From Octopus vulgaris (taxonomy: Eukaryota): 64,000 nucleotides of DNA. Where the stretch lies: the NCBI GenBank assembly GCA_951406725.2, contig OX597824.1:21266001-21330000 (forward strand), written 5' to 3'. The notes under the pieces are model-generated. The model saw nothing but the letters and a program-made list of their open reading frames with translations. It searched no databases and was not told the origin of the DNA. Both the position numbers and the translations under genes were made by a program. This document shows, in pieces, positions 37,824 through 50,231 of this stretch (positions are counted from its first letter, which is position 1; every line of letters starts with the position of its first letter).

Positions 37824-38192
37824 ATTCTGTTGTGCCTGGGGAGAGTCATTTTCTTTTTGTGCCTTATATTGTAAGACACTCATCGGTAAAATTTCCACTT
37901 TTTTCTAATTTTTATTTTCCTAAAATATCATTGCATCTTGCAACATTTTCAATAGTTTTGAACCCTTATTGACTACCCCTTTTTATTGAAAAGAGTCAAA
38001 ACTATTGAAAAGGTTGCAAGATGCAATGAAAATTTTAGGAAAATAAAAATAAGAAATAAGTGGAAATTTTACCAGTGTGTGTGTTACATTATAAGGCACA
38101 AAAAGAAAACGACTCTCCCCAGACACAACAGAATATGCTTCAACACACGAACTCATATAAAGAATCTTGCAAACCAAATCCAAAAACGAAAT
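37824..38192. mobile_element. Penelope-like inverted terminal-repeat remnant (arms 37824-37961 / 37996-38134) with a minimal hammerhead-like motif
   Basis: ~138-bp imperfect inverted repeat with a 34-nt spacer. Related fragments at 18976 and 46178. Confidence 0.65.
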
Positions 38193-39664
38193 ATAAACAA
38201 ATTTAAACTTTATTAAAAAAAAAAACAACATATTCTAACTGCCCTATCTCAGAACACCAATATTATTCTAAAGTATGTTTTACATCGGTTTACCAAAGTT
38301 TTGCCCAATATGACCATTATACTGTTACCATTATGATCAATGGTTTTCAATCTATTTTTTCAAGTTTAAATGAATTACCTGTACATCTATCTTACTAACC
38401 CTCCTTTTTTCTCCCTTCCTTCTCAATCGCTTCTACTTCTTACTCTTTCTAGCCAAACTTACATCTGTTTATCCCATGTCTGTTTGCTGCTTATCAGTAA
38501 ATTAGCAGGATATTGTTTACTTAGTTTTTCAACCTTATCCTTTGTTTATTCTTCGCATATCTGTTCTTTCTCTGCAGAACTTTCATGTTCTTACTTGTCA
38601 GTTCGGTTCTTTATCATTCTTAATCTATCTCTTTTGATCCGTGCTGCAGCTCTGGCAAGCCAGAAACCTCAGTTGGATTATGAAAGGCATCAGTACATTA
38701 CTGAAATTAGACTGAATTATTTCCATCGTTTCTTCATATTTAATATATCTAATTTCCAAACGAACTGACAAGTTCTCTGTTATTAGCTAACATTCTTACC
38801 CCAGATATTCTTTGTTATTAATATGAAAGAAGAATTTTAGGTGGTGAACTGGCAGAATTGTTACCATTTTTAGTTTTATTTCACCCATCTTCATGTTCTG
38901 CGTTCAAAATCTACCACGGTTGACTTTGCCGTTCATCCTTTTGAGGTGGATAAAATAAGTACCAGCTGGACACTGGGGTGAATGTAATTGACTTTGCCCC
39001 TTCCCTGAAATTGCTGGCCTTGTGCCAACATTTGAAATCAATATGAAAGAGGAATTTAGAGAAAAACAAAAGCCACCAAAAAATACCCCATTCATTTTGG
39101 ATCTGATATATATTGTGTTTTAAAACACAGCATGTCCATAAGAGATGTTATCTCAAACGAGTTTAGCAGTAGCTTGCCTGTCAACAGTGTATATACATTT
39201 AGTATGATACATAGATAACTGTCATAGATATATACATACAACAGGCTTCTTTCACCTTGGGTCTATCAAATCCACTCACAAACCATGAACTGACCCAGGG
39301 ATATTATAGAAGAATCTTGCCCAAGGTTCCAACAGGTGAGAACTGAACCCAAGACTGCATAGTTGGGAAGTAAGTTTCTTAACCAAGGAATTTTTTCCAA
39401 TTTCTTTCTTTCATTATTGATTATTGGTTGGTTATAGCTTTTAAAAAAATTGGGTAAAAATTATTTGCCCTCATCAAAAATGTCAAGTTGTTTTCTTTTA
39501 AAGATTTTAATATTTTTGACATTTAATTCAAAGAGATGATTCATGTATTTGGTAATGATTTACAAAATAATGATGTATAAGTTTGTTCCTGACCAAAGTT
39601 CCCAATTTAGAAACCTGGCTTCATCAAGCAAGCCAATCATTCATTTTGTTAACGACTTAGTAAA

Positions 39665-39961
39665 AATCAAAAGCACCGTCTGAATGTGGCAGATGCCAGT
39701 GCCGCCTGACTGGCATCTGTGTCGGTGACACGTAAAAGCACCAACCGAGCGTGGCCGTTTGCCAGCCTGCTCTGGCACCTGTGCCGGTGACACGTAAAAA
39801 GCACCCACTACACTCACGGAGTGGTTGGCATTAGGAAGGGCATCCAGCTGTTGAAACATGGCCAGATCAAACTGGAGCCTGGTGCAGCCTCCTGGCTTCC
39901 CAGACCTCGGTCGAACCGTCCAACCCATGCCAGCATGGAAAACGGACGTTAAATGATGATA

Positions 39962-39996
<35 letters not shown>
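39665..39996 (+). mobile_element. Family G with three internal modules
   Basis: Repeated GGTGACACGTAAAA(A)GCACC; (GAT)n tail. Confidence 0.85.
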
Positions 39997-40390
39997 AGTA
40001 AGCTGGCAGAAGTGTTTGAGCATTGCCGTGTTTCTTCCAGTTCTTTATGATTTTTATAAATTCAGATCTTGCCAAGGTCAACTTTGCCTTTCATCCCTTT
40101 GGGGGTTGATGAAATAAAGAACCAGCCAAGTACTGGGTTTGATGTAATCAACAAATCTTCACCTCCCTAAAATTACTGGTCTTGTGCCAAATTTTGAAAC
40201 AATTAAGGAGAGAATCATTAACTTACACTGGACAATTTTCTTTGTGGCATTTCTTTCAGCATAATGTTCTGAGTTCAAATTCCACTGAGGCCAGCTTTGC
40301 CTTTCATCCTTTCAGGGTTAATTAAATAAGCACCAGTTGCACACTGGGGTTGATGTAACTGACTTATCCCCTCCACTGAAATTGCTGGCC

Positions 40391-40592
40391 TTCCTATTCT
40401 TTATCTCATGGTTGCACTGAATCATAAAATCCCAAAGGATCTCTGCATTATCATTTTCGATGATGCCTATGGGTTTATGTCCGTGCCACTTTTTTGCCCT
40501 CTGAAGTCCATACTTGTTGCAAAGTGTCCAATGGACATATTCTGCACTTAGTCACCTTTTGATGTGTTGTGTATTCTGTTTTTTGATATAAT
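40391..40592 (-). mobile_element. R4/Dong-type retrotransposon internal fragment
   Basis: AEYVHWTLCNKYGLQRAKKWHGHKPIGIIENDNAEILWDFMIQCNHEIKNRK (HW.LC / W..H.P / EN / ILWDF.IQ), the segment immediately before the RLE PD motif. Confidence 0.85.
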
Positions 40593-40593
40593 C

Positions 40594-40758
40594 GGTGGTG
40601 GTGGTGGTGGTGGTGGTGGTGCTTCTTCTTCTTCTTCTTCTTCTTCTTCTTCTTCTTCTTCTTCTTCTTCTTCTTCTTCTTCTTCTTCTTCTTCTTCTTC
40701 TTCTTCTTCTTCTTCTTCTTCTTCTTCTTCTTCTTCTTCTTCTTCTTCTTCTTCTTCT
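40594..40758. repeat. (GGT)n followed by a perfect (CTT)n tract of ~135 bp
   Basis: Direct inspection. Confidence 0.97.
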
Positions 40759-41407
40759 TTCGTTTACTTCCATATTAATCCAGACTGAGCAGATCTTTGA
40801 CCAACTGTATTACAGCCACGACCATCCTGTCTGTAGGAGTATCTACATTATCTAATACATATTCCATTTTATAAAGTTGATGAGTTGTGATTTAAGATAG
40901 ATTTGGCTACTATTTCTAGCAAGTCGAGCTCTCACATAGAGTTTTCCTCATTAGCTCACAGTCACATTGTCTTGTATTATTATTCATTGCAGGTTGAATT
41001 GAATTTGCTTTCATGGCCCTTATTGTTTTAGAATCTTAGAATAATGATCTGTATTTTTGAAATAAAACCATCTAATTCTTCCACATTAATTAATCCAGTT
41101 TTAGCTTCTTAATGCTTTTGTTACCATATTTCTAATACCATACGCTGCCAGTGTTTCAATTAATTTTGAAAATAAAGAATAATTTGGTAAAATAATTTTG
41201 GCATTGTTAAGCTTGTGTTAGGAACATTAATTAGCAAGGAATTTCGATGAAAGACTAATTCAGAGCACTTTATACAGGAAGTTTGTATTACAGAACCAAG
41301 GAATGTCTCAAAGAGGTTCACATCAAATGGGTCTAAGTGCTTAACTGTTCAGCATTCAGTTTACTCTGCTGAACATAATGGTTATTCTTATTCTTTTATT
41401 CTTTTAG

Positions 41408-41890
41408 TGGAGGCGCATAGCTTAGTGGTTAGGGTGTCAGTATTATGATCGTAAGATTGAGGTTTCGATTCCCGGACCGGGCGATGTGTTGTGTTCTTGG
41501 GCAAAACACTTCATTTCATGTTGCTCCAGTCAACTCAGCTGGCAAAAATGAGCCTGGCTAGGCTTTAAAAGAGCGCATTTATATATATAGAAGTTCAGCA
41601 AAATTTAGATTCAGATGAATATATATATATATAATGTGGAGACATGTTGCTTTGTGGTTAGGGTGTCAGCATCATGCTTGTAAGATTGTGGTTTCGATTC
41701 CTGGACCGGTCGACGCGTTGTGTTCTTGAGCAATACACTTCATTTCACGTTGCTCCAGTCCACTCAGCTGGCAAAAGTGAGTAATGCTGCGATGGACTAG
41801 CATCCCGTCCAGCTGGCGAACACATAAGCCATTGAAACCGGGAAACTGGGCCCATGAGCCTGAGTTAGGCTTTAAAAGGGTGCATTTATT
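41408..41890 (+). mobile_element. Two tandem family R copies (41408-41580, 41637-41890)
   Basis: Homologous to 13167-13372. Confidence 0.85.
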
Positions 41891-41902
41891 TATTATTTAT
41901 CT

Positions 41903-42320
41903 ATTCTTTTACTTGTTTCAGTCATTCGACTGTGGTCATGCTGGAGCACCACTTTAGAGGTTTTTTTTTCTTATGTTGAAGAAATCGGTCCCAAGGCTTT
42001 ATCTTTGTAAGCCCAGTACTTATTCTATTGTTTTGTTTTGTTGAACTGCTAAGTTACAGGGACATAAATACACCAACATCTATTGTCAAGCAATGGTGGT
42101 GGTGGTGGGGAGGTGGGGTGGCAAACACAGACACAAAAGACACATACACATAGATATATACGATGGTCTTCTTTCAGTTTCCTTCTGCCAAATCCACTCA
42201 CAAGGCTTTGATTGGCTTGAGGCTATAGTAGAAGATACTTGCCCAATGTGCCACGCAGTGGGACTGAACCTGGAACCATGTGGTTGGGAAGCAAGCTTCT
42301 TACCACACAGCCATGCCTAC
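41903..42320 (-). mobile_element. SINE family A
   Basis: Full reverse-complement copy. Confidence 0.88.
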
Positions 42321-42677
42321 ATCTATATATTTACATTGTTTTGAAATAAACATGCATTATCTTGTAGCATTGAGATTTCGGTGGTGTGATTGTTTATTTT
42401 TTAAGATGATATTGCAGGGGAGGTGTAAGAGGTTGGATCTGGTCACCTCAAACATAAAACAGGAAGAACATTTGGTCTAGACATGGCTGGTTTAAATACG
42501 AAATAATTAAGAATGTTCTTAATTATTCAAGGCTTTGCTACTCTATATCTTTAATTTGCTGTTCTCGTTACAGGATAATTAAAATACTTCATTTTTGTGT
42601 TTAAACCAGAACAATGGAGTCATATTTTGTTCCTTAAAACTTTAGTTGCTAATTTAAAAAAAATTTCAGCTAAATTT

Positions 42678-43070
42678 CAGGCTGTGTGGTAAGTAGCTTG
42701 CTTACAAACCACATGGTTCCGGGTTCAGTCCCACTGCGTGGCACCTTGGGCAAGTGTCTTCTACTATAGCCTCGGGCCGACCAAAGCCTTGTGAGTGGAT
42801 TTGGTAGATGGAAACTGAAAGAAGCCCATCATATATATGTATGTATATGTGTGTATGTTTGTGTGTCTGTGTTTGTCCCTCCCCCAACATTGCTTGACAA
42901 CCGATGCTGGTGTGTTTAAGTCTCTGTAACTTAGAGGTTCGGCAAATGAGACCAATAGAATAAGTACTAGGCTTACAAAGAATAAGTCCTGGGGTCGATT
43001 TCCTCGACTAAAGGTGGTGCTGCAGCATGGCCACAGTCATATGACTGAAACGAATAAGTAAATGAGTAAA
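42678..43070 (+). mobile_element. SINE family A
   Basis: Near-full copy, inverted relative to 41903-42320. Confidence 0.9.
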
Positions 43071-43289
43071 TGAGGATTCTGCTGTCTGACACCTTTCTTT
43101 TAACCAATGCCTCAATTTGAAATATTAATTATATGTTTTATAATTCGGTGGAACACAATAAATCTGAAAATGTAAACATTTTTAGAGAGCATGAAATAAT
43201 TTGTTTTTAATGGGTTCATGCCCCACTTGTACCCTTTGAATTTCTCTATCTGAAGAGGTTTTTTTTTCAACTCTCTATTTACATGCTAG

Positions 43290-43672
43290 TGGAGGCACAA
43301 TGGCCCAGTGGTTAGGGCAGCGGACTCGCGGTCATAGGATCGCGGTTTCGATTCCCAGACCAGGCGTTGTGAGTGTTTATTGAGCGAAAACACCTAAAAG
43401 TTCCACGAGGCTCCAGCAGGGGATGGTGGTGATCCCTGCTGTACTCTTTCACCACAACTTTCTCTCACTCTTACTTCCTGTTTCTGTTGTACCTGTATTT
43501 CAAGGGGCCGGCCTTGTCACTCTCTGTGTCACGCTGAATATCCCCGAGAACTATGTTAAGGGTGCACGTGTCTGTGGAGTGCTCAGCCACTTACACGTTA
43601 ATTTCACGAGCAGGCTGTTCCGTTGATTCGGATCAACCGGGACCCTCATCGTCGTAACCGACGGAGTGCTTC
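43290..43672 (+). mobile_element. SINE family R, full length
   Basis: Head GGAGGCACAATGGCCCAGTGGTTAGGGCAGCGG; candidate TSD ATTTACATGCTA on both sides. Confidence 0.92.
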
Positions 43673-44006
43673 CATTCCCATTTACATGCTATTGTTTATA
43701 GCTTTTCTTCATCAAGTTTAACCGTTAAAAACTGAAAATATATTTTTTAACCCTGGCCATTTCAAACTATTTGTGTTTGCTCATAGCAATTATACACATA
43801 CCAACTGTTAAAGATGACTGAAAATGTTTCCTGTACTGTTAGCCTCCTCCTTTCTATTTTAACCTTTTCGTGAGTATATTTTTTTATGAAATACACTGTA
43901 TTCCTCAATTAATTATTAAAATAATTAAGCGATATTTAGTAAAATAATTGTTTTCATTATTAAGCTCATATTTTGAACAGTAAGCTGGTTGAATCATTAG
44001 CAGCAT

Positions 44007-44492
44007 CTTTTCCATCTTTCCTTCTTTGGACACTAAACTCTGCTTGCGAAGACCTGTTGAGGCAAGTGAAATTGAAATCGAAATCAAATTCGAGGACTGG
44101 CATCTGTGCTAGTGGAGTGCTAAGAGCACCATCCAAGCACGATCGTTGACAGAGTGGCTAACTGGCTTCCGTGCTGGTGGCATGTAAAAGGCACCATTCG
44201 AGCGTGTTCGTTACCAGCGTCGCCTCACTGGCACTTGTACCGGTGGCACGTGAAAGAACATTTGAGCGAGGTCATTGCCAGTACCGCCTGACTGGCCCCC
44301 ATGCCAGTGGCATATAAAAGCACCCACTACACTCTTGGAGTGGTTGGCGTTAGGAAGGGCATCCAGCTGTAGAAACTCTGTCAGATCAAGACTGGAGCCT
44401 GATGCAGCCATTTGGTTCGCCAGTCCTCAGTCAAATCGTCGAACCCATGCCAGCATTGAATGCAGATGTTAAATGATGATGATGATGATGAT
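44007..44492 (+). mobile_element. Family G, long copy with four modules
   Basis: Four diverged GTGC.GGTGGCA.GTAAAA units; (GAT)n tail. Confidence 0.8.
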
Positions 44493-45804
44493 GTTCTGGG
44501 TTCAAATTCTGAAGTGATTGACTTTGTCTTTTATCCTTTCAGAGTCGATAAAAGAATTCCCGTTGAGTACTAGGGTCTGTGTAATTGACTAGGTCTCTCC
44601 CCACAATTTTTGGGTCTTGTTCCTACAGTAGGAAGAATTATTAATCTCGCTGCAACCAGTATGCTTTCGTCATGTTTCCCTAAGAAATTCTATCCCCCAT
44701 TAACTTCGATGTGTGTGTGTGTTTGTCTTTCTATCTTTGTTTCTCTCTTCCACCATTGCTTGACTGCTGGTATTGGTGTGTTTACGCCTCAGTAACTAAA
44801 TGGTTCGGCAAAAGAGTCTGATAGAATTAGTACCAGGCTCATTCTATAAGACTGGGGTCATTTCATTCAGCTAAAAGAAATTCTTCAAGACAGTGCCCCA
44901 GCATGGCCACATTCTAATGATTGAAACAAGTAAAAGATGAAAGATTATATTTATATCATTGTTGGATGTTGTGAAATTTCTTGGCAAATTGAATCCACGT
45001 CTTTGGGTTCAATAAAGAGCCTTTGAGTTTAATAATGAGTCTTTGGGTTTAATAACGAGTCTTTGGCTCTTATTTAGAAAATTTCAAATACCTTTTCGTG
45101 ACTATATTTTTAATGAAATACACTGTATTCCTCAATTAATTATTCTTTTCTACTCTAGGCACAAGGCCTGAAATTTTTGGGGTGGGGTCCAGTCAATTAG
45201 ACTGACCCCAGTACGCAACTGGGGTCCAAGGTCAACTTTGCCTTTTGGCGGGGGGGGGGTCGATAAATTGAGTACCATTTGTGTACTAGGGTTAATCTAA
45301 TCGACTGGTCCTCTCCCCGCAAAATTTCGGGCCTTGTGCCTAGAACAAAAAAGAATATTCAATTTCATTTTTATACCAGATACAAATATTTCTAGCGCAA
45401 GCTGATTCTTTATAATTCTATTCCGGAGTCTATGATTCTGTGATAGTTCTACTTTTCTAAATGTTTTAGTCTTAATACGATGGAAGATGCATAAGAAATT
45501 GGTTTTCAATAAAAGATTCTCCGATTAAAGTGAGAAATATAGTAAAACTCTAAATGGTTTTAATTTTAAACTAATTATTGTTACTGAAAGGTCTTAATAA
45601 AACCATGAAGATATAGTTATTAGAATTCCATTGAAGACAGTCTGGAAATCTTTAGATAAGAGAAAAATTTTAATTTGTGATTTTTCTAGTCTATTTAACA
45701 GTTTTCCGATAGATTATAACATATTTTAATGCTTTGATTGGAGTTGTTGACCTAGGTTCTTGATAAAAAATTTGATTTTTATGACTCTTCATGCTTAGTT
45801 CATA

Positions 45805-46307
<503 letters not shown>

Positions 46308-46308
46308 G

Positions 46309-46347
<39 letters not shown>

Positions 46348-46559
46348 ATGTATGTATGTATCACAATGTTATTTTGTTTTTTTGGGGGGCTAAAATCCTA
46401 TATTTTTTACTTGTTTCAGTCATTGGACTGTGGCCATGCTGGGGCACTGCCTTGAAGTTTTAGTCGAATAAATTGACACCACTGCTTATTTTTTAATCCT
46501 GGTACTTATTCCGTCAATCACTTTTACTGAACTGCTAAGTTACAGGGATGTAAATAATT

Positions 46560-46885
46560 GGAACTCCTGTACTGGTGGCATGTAAAAAGCACCATTCGAG
46601 TGTGGCTGATGTTAGTGCCGCCTGAGTGGCACCCGTGCTGGTGGCACATAAAAAAGCATCATTTGGGTATGACTGACTGGCACCTATGCCAGTGGCACGT
46701 AAAAAGCACCCACTACGCTCTCGGAGTGGTTGGCATTAGGAAGGGCATCCAGCTGTAGAAATCTTGCCAGAACAGCCTCCTGGCTTGCTAATCGGGCAGT
46801 CAAACCGTCCAACCCATGCCAGCATGGAAAGCAGACGTTAAACGATGACGGCAATGATGATGATGATGATGATGACGATGATGAT
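46560..46885 (+). mobile_element. Family G
   Basis: Modules plus (GAT)n. Confidence 0.8.
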
Positions 46886-47478
46886 GTGTGAGTTTGCTCC
46901 ATGTATACAGTTTATGGCGAATGAGTTGTAGAATGTTCGTTGGCTGTCATCGTCCCCCTCCCCCCCCTCGTCATCATTGTCGTCATAGTGTTTGTATAAA
47001 TATGAAACCTGAGAAATCATTTGCAAAAAAAAAATATCATAAGTTATAAAATATAAAAAAAGCAAAATTGAAGTTTTGCGTGTAAGTTTGTCAAAGGCTG
47101 TTACATTTATTATTATCCGATGATATTATTTATTGTAGATCGTATTTTCTTTTTTTTTTCTTTCTTGAATTGATATTATAAATTGAGTGTTGTCTTACTC
47201 AAAATTAATACATGAAGCTGATCTATTTACTAAATAAAGATAATGAGAAAATCTAAGTAGCTTAATATTCTGTTTAATATTTTGCCAAAGAAATTCCATG
47301 GGAAAAAATGTTTTTTCTGTTCACCGATAGACTATTGAACCTTGAGCTAGTTCAATCAAGAAAAATCAGATCAGATTTTAAAGAAATAAAACTGAGAATA
47401 TTCTTCCAAAATTAGACAAATATTGAGTAGAAAATAATATGCAACAATTATTTTGGTACTTGCATGCATAAATATAGA

Positions 47479-47927
47479 GGATCTTTTCGCTTTGACCGGC
47501 AGATTTTTAAAATAATTTCTTTGTAACTAAACACTTTTAAACTTCGTATACTGGTAGAATGTGTTTATAAAACATCTTTTTCTCTTGGCTTTCTTGAGAA
47601 AATTCTGTAGTTTGTAAGCTATTTGTTGTTTAATTTCTTGCATTTTGGCAATTTCAACCAATCAATGATGTCTATTGAGGTGAATACAATTTCTGCCGTA
47701 GCTTGTCAACAACATTTTCTGGTGGTGTCATATCAATGTGTCACTGTTATTTATGAGAGAAAAAGATACCCTGTGGCCATAAACTGAGGGGTCACTCGTA
47801 AACAGAGCTGGATAACAAAACCGTTCCCTCTTTAGTGTCCACCCATAATTATGACCGTAGTATCGATGAAAGTGTTTAGTTACAAAGAAATTATTTTAAA
47901 AATCTGCCGATCAAAGTGAAAAGATCC
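47479..47927. mobile_element. GG-terminal MITE with ~59-bp TIRs and an 8-bp TSD (Merlin/Mutator/hAT-like, unassigned)
   Basis: AATATAGA|GGATCTTTTCGCTTTGACCGGCAGATTTTT ... AAAAATCTGCCGATCAAAGTGAAAAGATCC|AATATAGG. Confidence 0.88.
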
Positions 47928-48097
47928 AATATAGGAAATAGGAGAGAAATGAATTAGCAAAAGAGCATGATAGTAAAAGATATCGACTTCATTACAAATG
48001 TGTCAAGTGAAATCAGTCAATAAAAGCATAATTAGTTAAGGGTGACAAAAATTACTGGCATAGATCAAATGATTAACTATTAAGCTTTAATTAAACT

Positions 48098-48844
48098 CTA
48101 ACCTTTGTTCTGTCCAATGTACTGCTTCTTTATTCACATTGTTTTGAATTAACTATGCTAACCATGCATTATCTTCTAGCTTCAAGATATCAACTATGTG
48201 ATTGTTTACCTTTAGAATAACATTGTATGGTAGGTGCAAGAGACCAGATCTAGCTGGTTTGAACAGAAAACGGATAGAATATTTGGGCTAGATATGAAAT
48301 CGGAATCGAAATTGAACCAATCCTATGACTGGCACCTGGCAGTTGCCAGTGCCGCTGGACTGACTACTGTGCAGGTGACAAGTAAAGAAACACTGTTTCG
48401 ACCCTGTGCTTGAGGAGACCTATTGAGTCAAGTACATCAACATCAAAAATCAATGGAAACTGCAGTTGTGTTCCTTGTGCCGGTGGCACGTAAAAAGTAC
48501 CATCCGAATGTGGCTGATGCCAGTGCCGCCTTGACTGGCTTCTGTGCCGGTGGCACGTAAAAGGCACCAGCCAATCGTGGCCGTTGCCAGCCTCACCTGG
48601 CACCTGTGCTGGTGGCACGTAAAAAGCACCAACCGATCGTGGCCGCTGCCAGCCTGTGGCCCTGGCACCTGTGCCGGTGGCACGTAAAAAGCACCAACTA
48701 CACTCATGGAGTGGTTGGCATTAGGAAGGGCATCCAGCTGTAGAAACACTGCCAGATCAGACTGGAGCCTGGTGCAGCCTCCTGGCTTCCCAGACCCCGG
48801 TCGAACCGTCCAACCCATGCTAGCATGAAAAACGGACGTTAAAC

Positions 48845-48875
<31 letters not shown>

Positions 48876-48900
48876 GCTGGTCGAAATACCAAAGGGTTAA
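48098..48900 (+). mobile_element. Old TTAA-ended MITE split by a long family G copy (48298-48873)
   Basis: Flanks match 41341-41385 plus 42328-42510; ends AAAGGGTTAA. Confidence 0.65.
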
Positions 48901-49369
48901 TTCTCCATTATGTCAGCCAGATCTGTTAACCTAGAAAACACTTAAGGTCAATAAACAAAGACTCTGTTGGCTTCAAATGGGTTTTGTTCCTTTGAGTTGC
49001 ATTCTGTAAAAAAGAGATCACATGATGTCACTTCTATGTTATTGTGGAGACTATTCAGGAACCTTATGGCGTTATCTGTTCCCATGCAAAAATTACCAGT
49101 CTGAGAGAGTGGATGGTTTACAAATAGTTTTAAAATGGTTTTCAACGTTGGAAGTTCAATTTATTTTCCATAAAATCTTTCAATTCATGGCGACCACAAA
49201 AACATTTAATTGCTCGTTAACTGTATTTTTTTCTTCTCTATTTTTCTTCCTTCCAGTTTTTGTGATTTTTCTTTCAGTATTAGAGTCGCTATAATACTTT
49301 TCTTAACCTGTCAAGGCTTACCAGTTTTACACGGTAAAACTGGTGTTTATTTTAAATAATTGAATAAAT

Positions 49370-49785
49370 GGATCTTTTTGGTTTGAACGGCAGTTTTTTA
49401 AAATAATTTCCATGTAACTAAACACTTTTAAACTTCGTATACTGGTAGAATGTGTTTATAAAACATCTTTTTCTCTTGGCTTTATTGAGAAAATTCTATA
49501 GTTTGTAAGATATTTGTTGTTTTTTTTCTTCAATTTCTGCAAATTCAACCAATCAATGATGTCTATTGAGGTGAAAACATTCTGTGCCGTGTGAATATGT
49601 CCCTCGTTTAAGAAACAGATTGGGTTTGTTTACATTTCTAAAGAAAAAAGATACCCTTCCTCCCACCCCTAACCCTAACTCTAAAACAGATTGAAATGCA
49701 ATAGATCGATACTAGGGTCATAATTATGGGTGACAATTTCATATGACACCGCTAGAAAAAACTGCTGTTCAAACCGAAAAGATCC
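49370..49785. mobile_element. Second GG-terminal MITE with ~29-bp TIRs
   Basis: GGATCTTTTTGGTTTGAACGGCAGTTTTTT ... AAAAAACTGCTGTTCAAACCGAAAAGATCC; left ~210 bp homologous to the 47479 copy. Confidence 0.88.
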
Positions 49786-50231
49786 AACTAAATAAATAAA
49801 TATGGAAATATAAATTAGTGTATGTTTCCATACACAAAAGATGTGAACCTAACAGGACACCTTACATGCTGAAAAGAGCAGTTAAAACCTAAACCATGGA
49901 TAAGAGTAATTTTGAAGGGAATGAAAAATATAACATTTCAATACTTACGATATGTACTCGAGTTTCAGCATCAATGAACAAATAAAGTAATTAGCCATCC
50001 ATCTCTCATCAGCATAGGTGCTATAATTAATCTATATACATTATAATTTTTCAAATCCACCACGCAAGTGCAGCTATAATCGGCAGCAAATGAAAATCTA
50101 CATACCAACGTTCTTCAAAATTACGACAAATTTGACTATGAAAATATTTAGGGAAGAAAATTCAGAGAAATATTCTACTAGTGGATATGTGTGTATATGT
50201 ATATGTGTATATGTGTGTGTATGTATGTATA

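Noticed and set aside
43290-43362. tRNA-Arg gene (and similar heads at 2330-2396, 19470-19541, 28710-28778, 59326-59400)
   Set aside because: Each continues into a SINE body, several with TSDs, and the cloverleaf stems are imperfect. These are SINE heads.
48477-48700. CRISPR array
   Set aside because: The linkers are homologous to each other, the array is part of a (GAT)n-tailed retroposon, there are no cas genes and the context is eukaryotic.
49320-49344. Terminator-like hairpin ACCAGTTTTAC-ACG-GTAAAACTGGT
   Set aside because: An isolated 11-bp stem in eukaryotic repeat-rich DNA with no associated transcription unit.
49667-49684. Telomeric (CCCTAA)n
   Set aside because: Only about three imperfect units, located inside a MITE.
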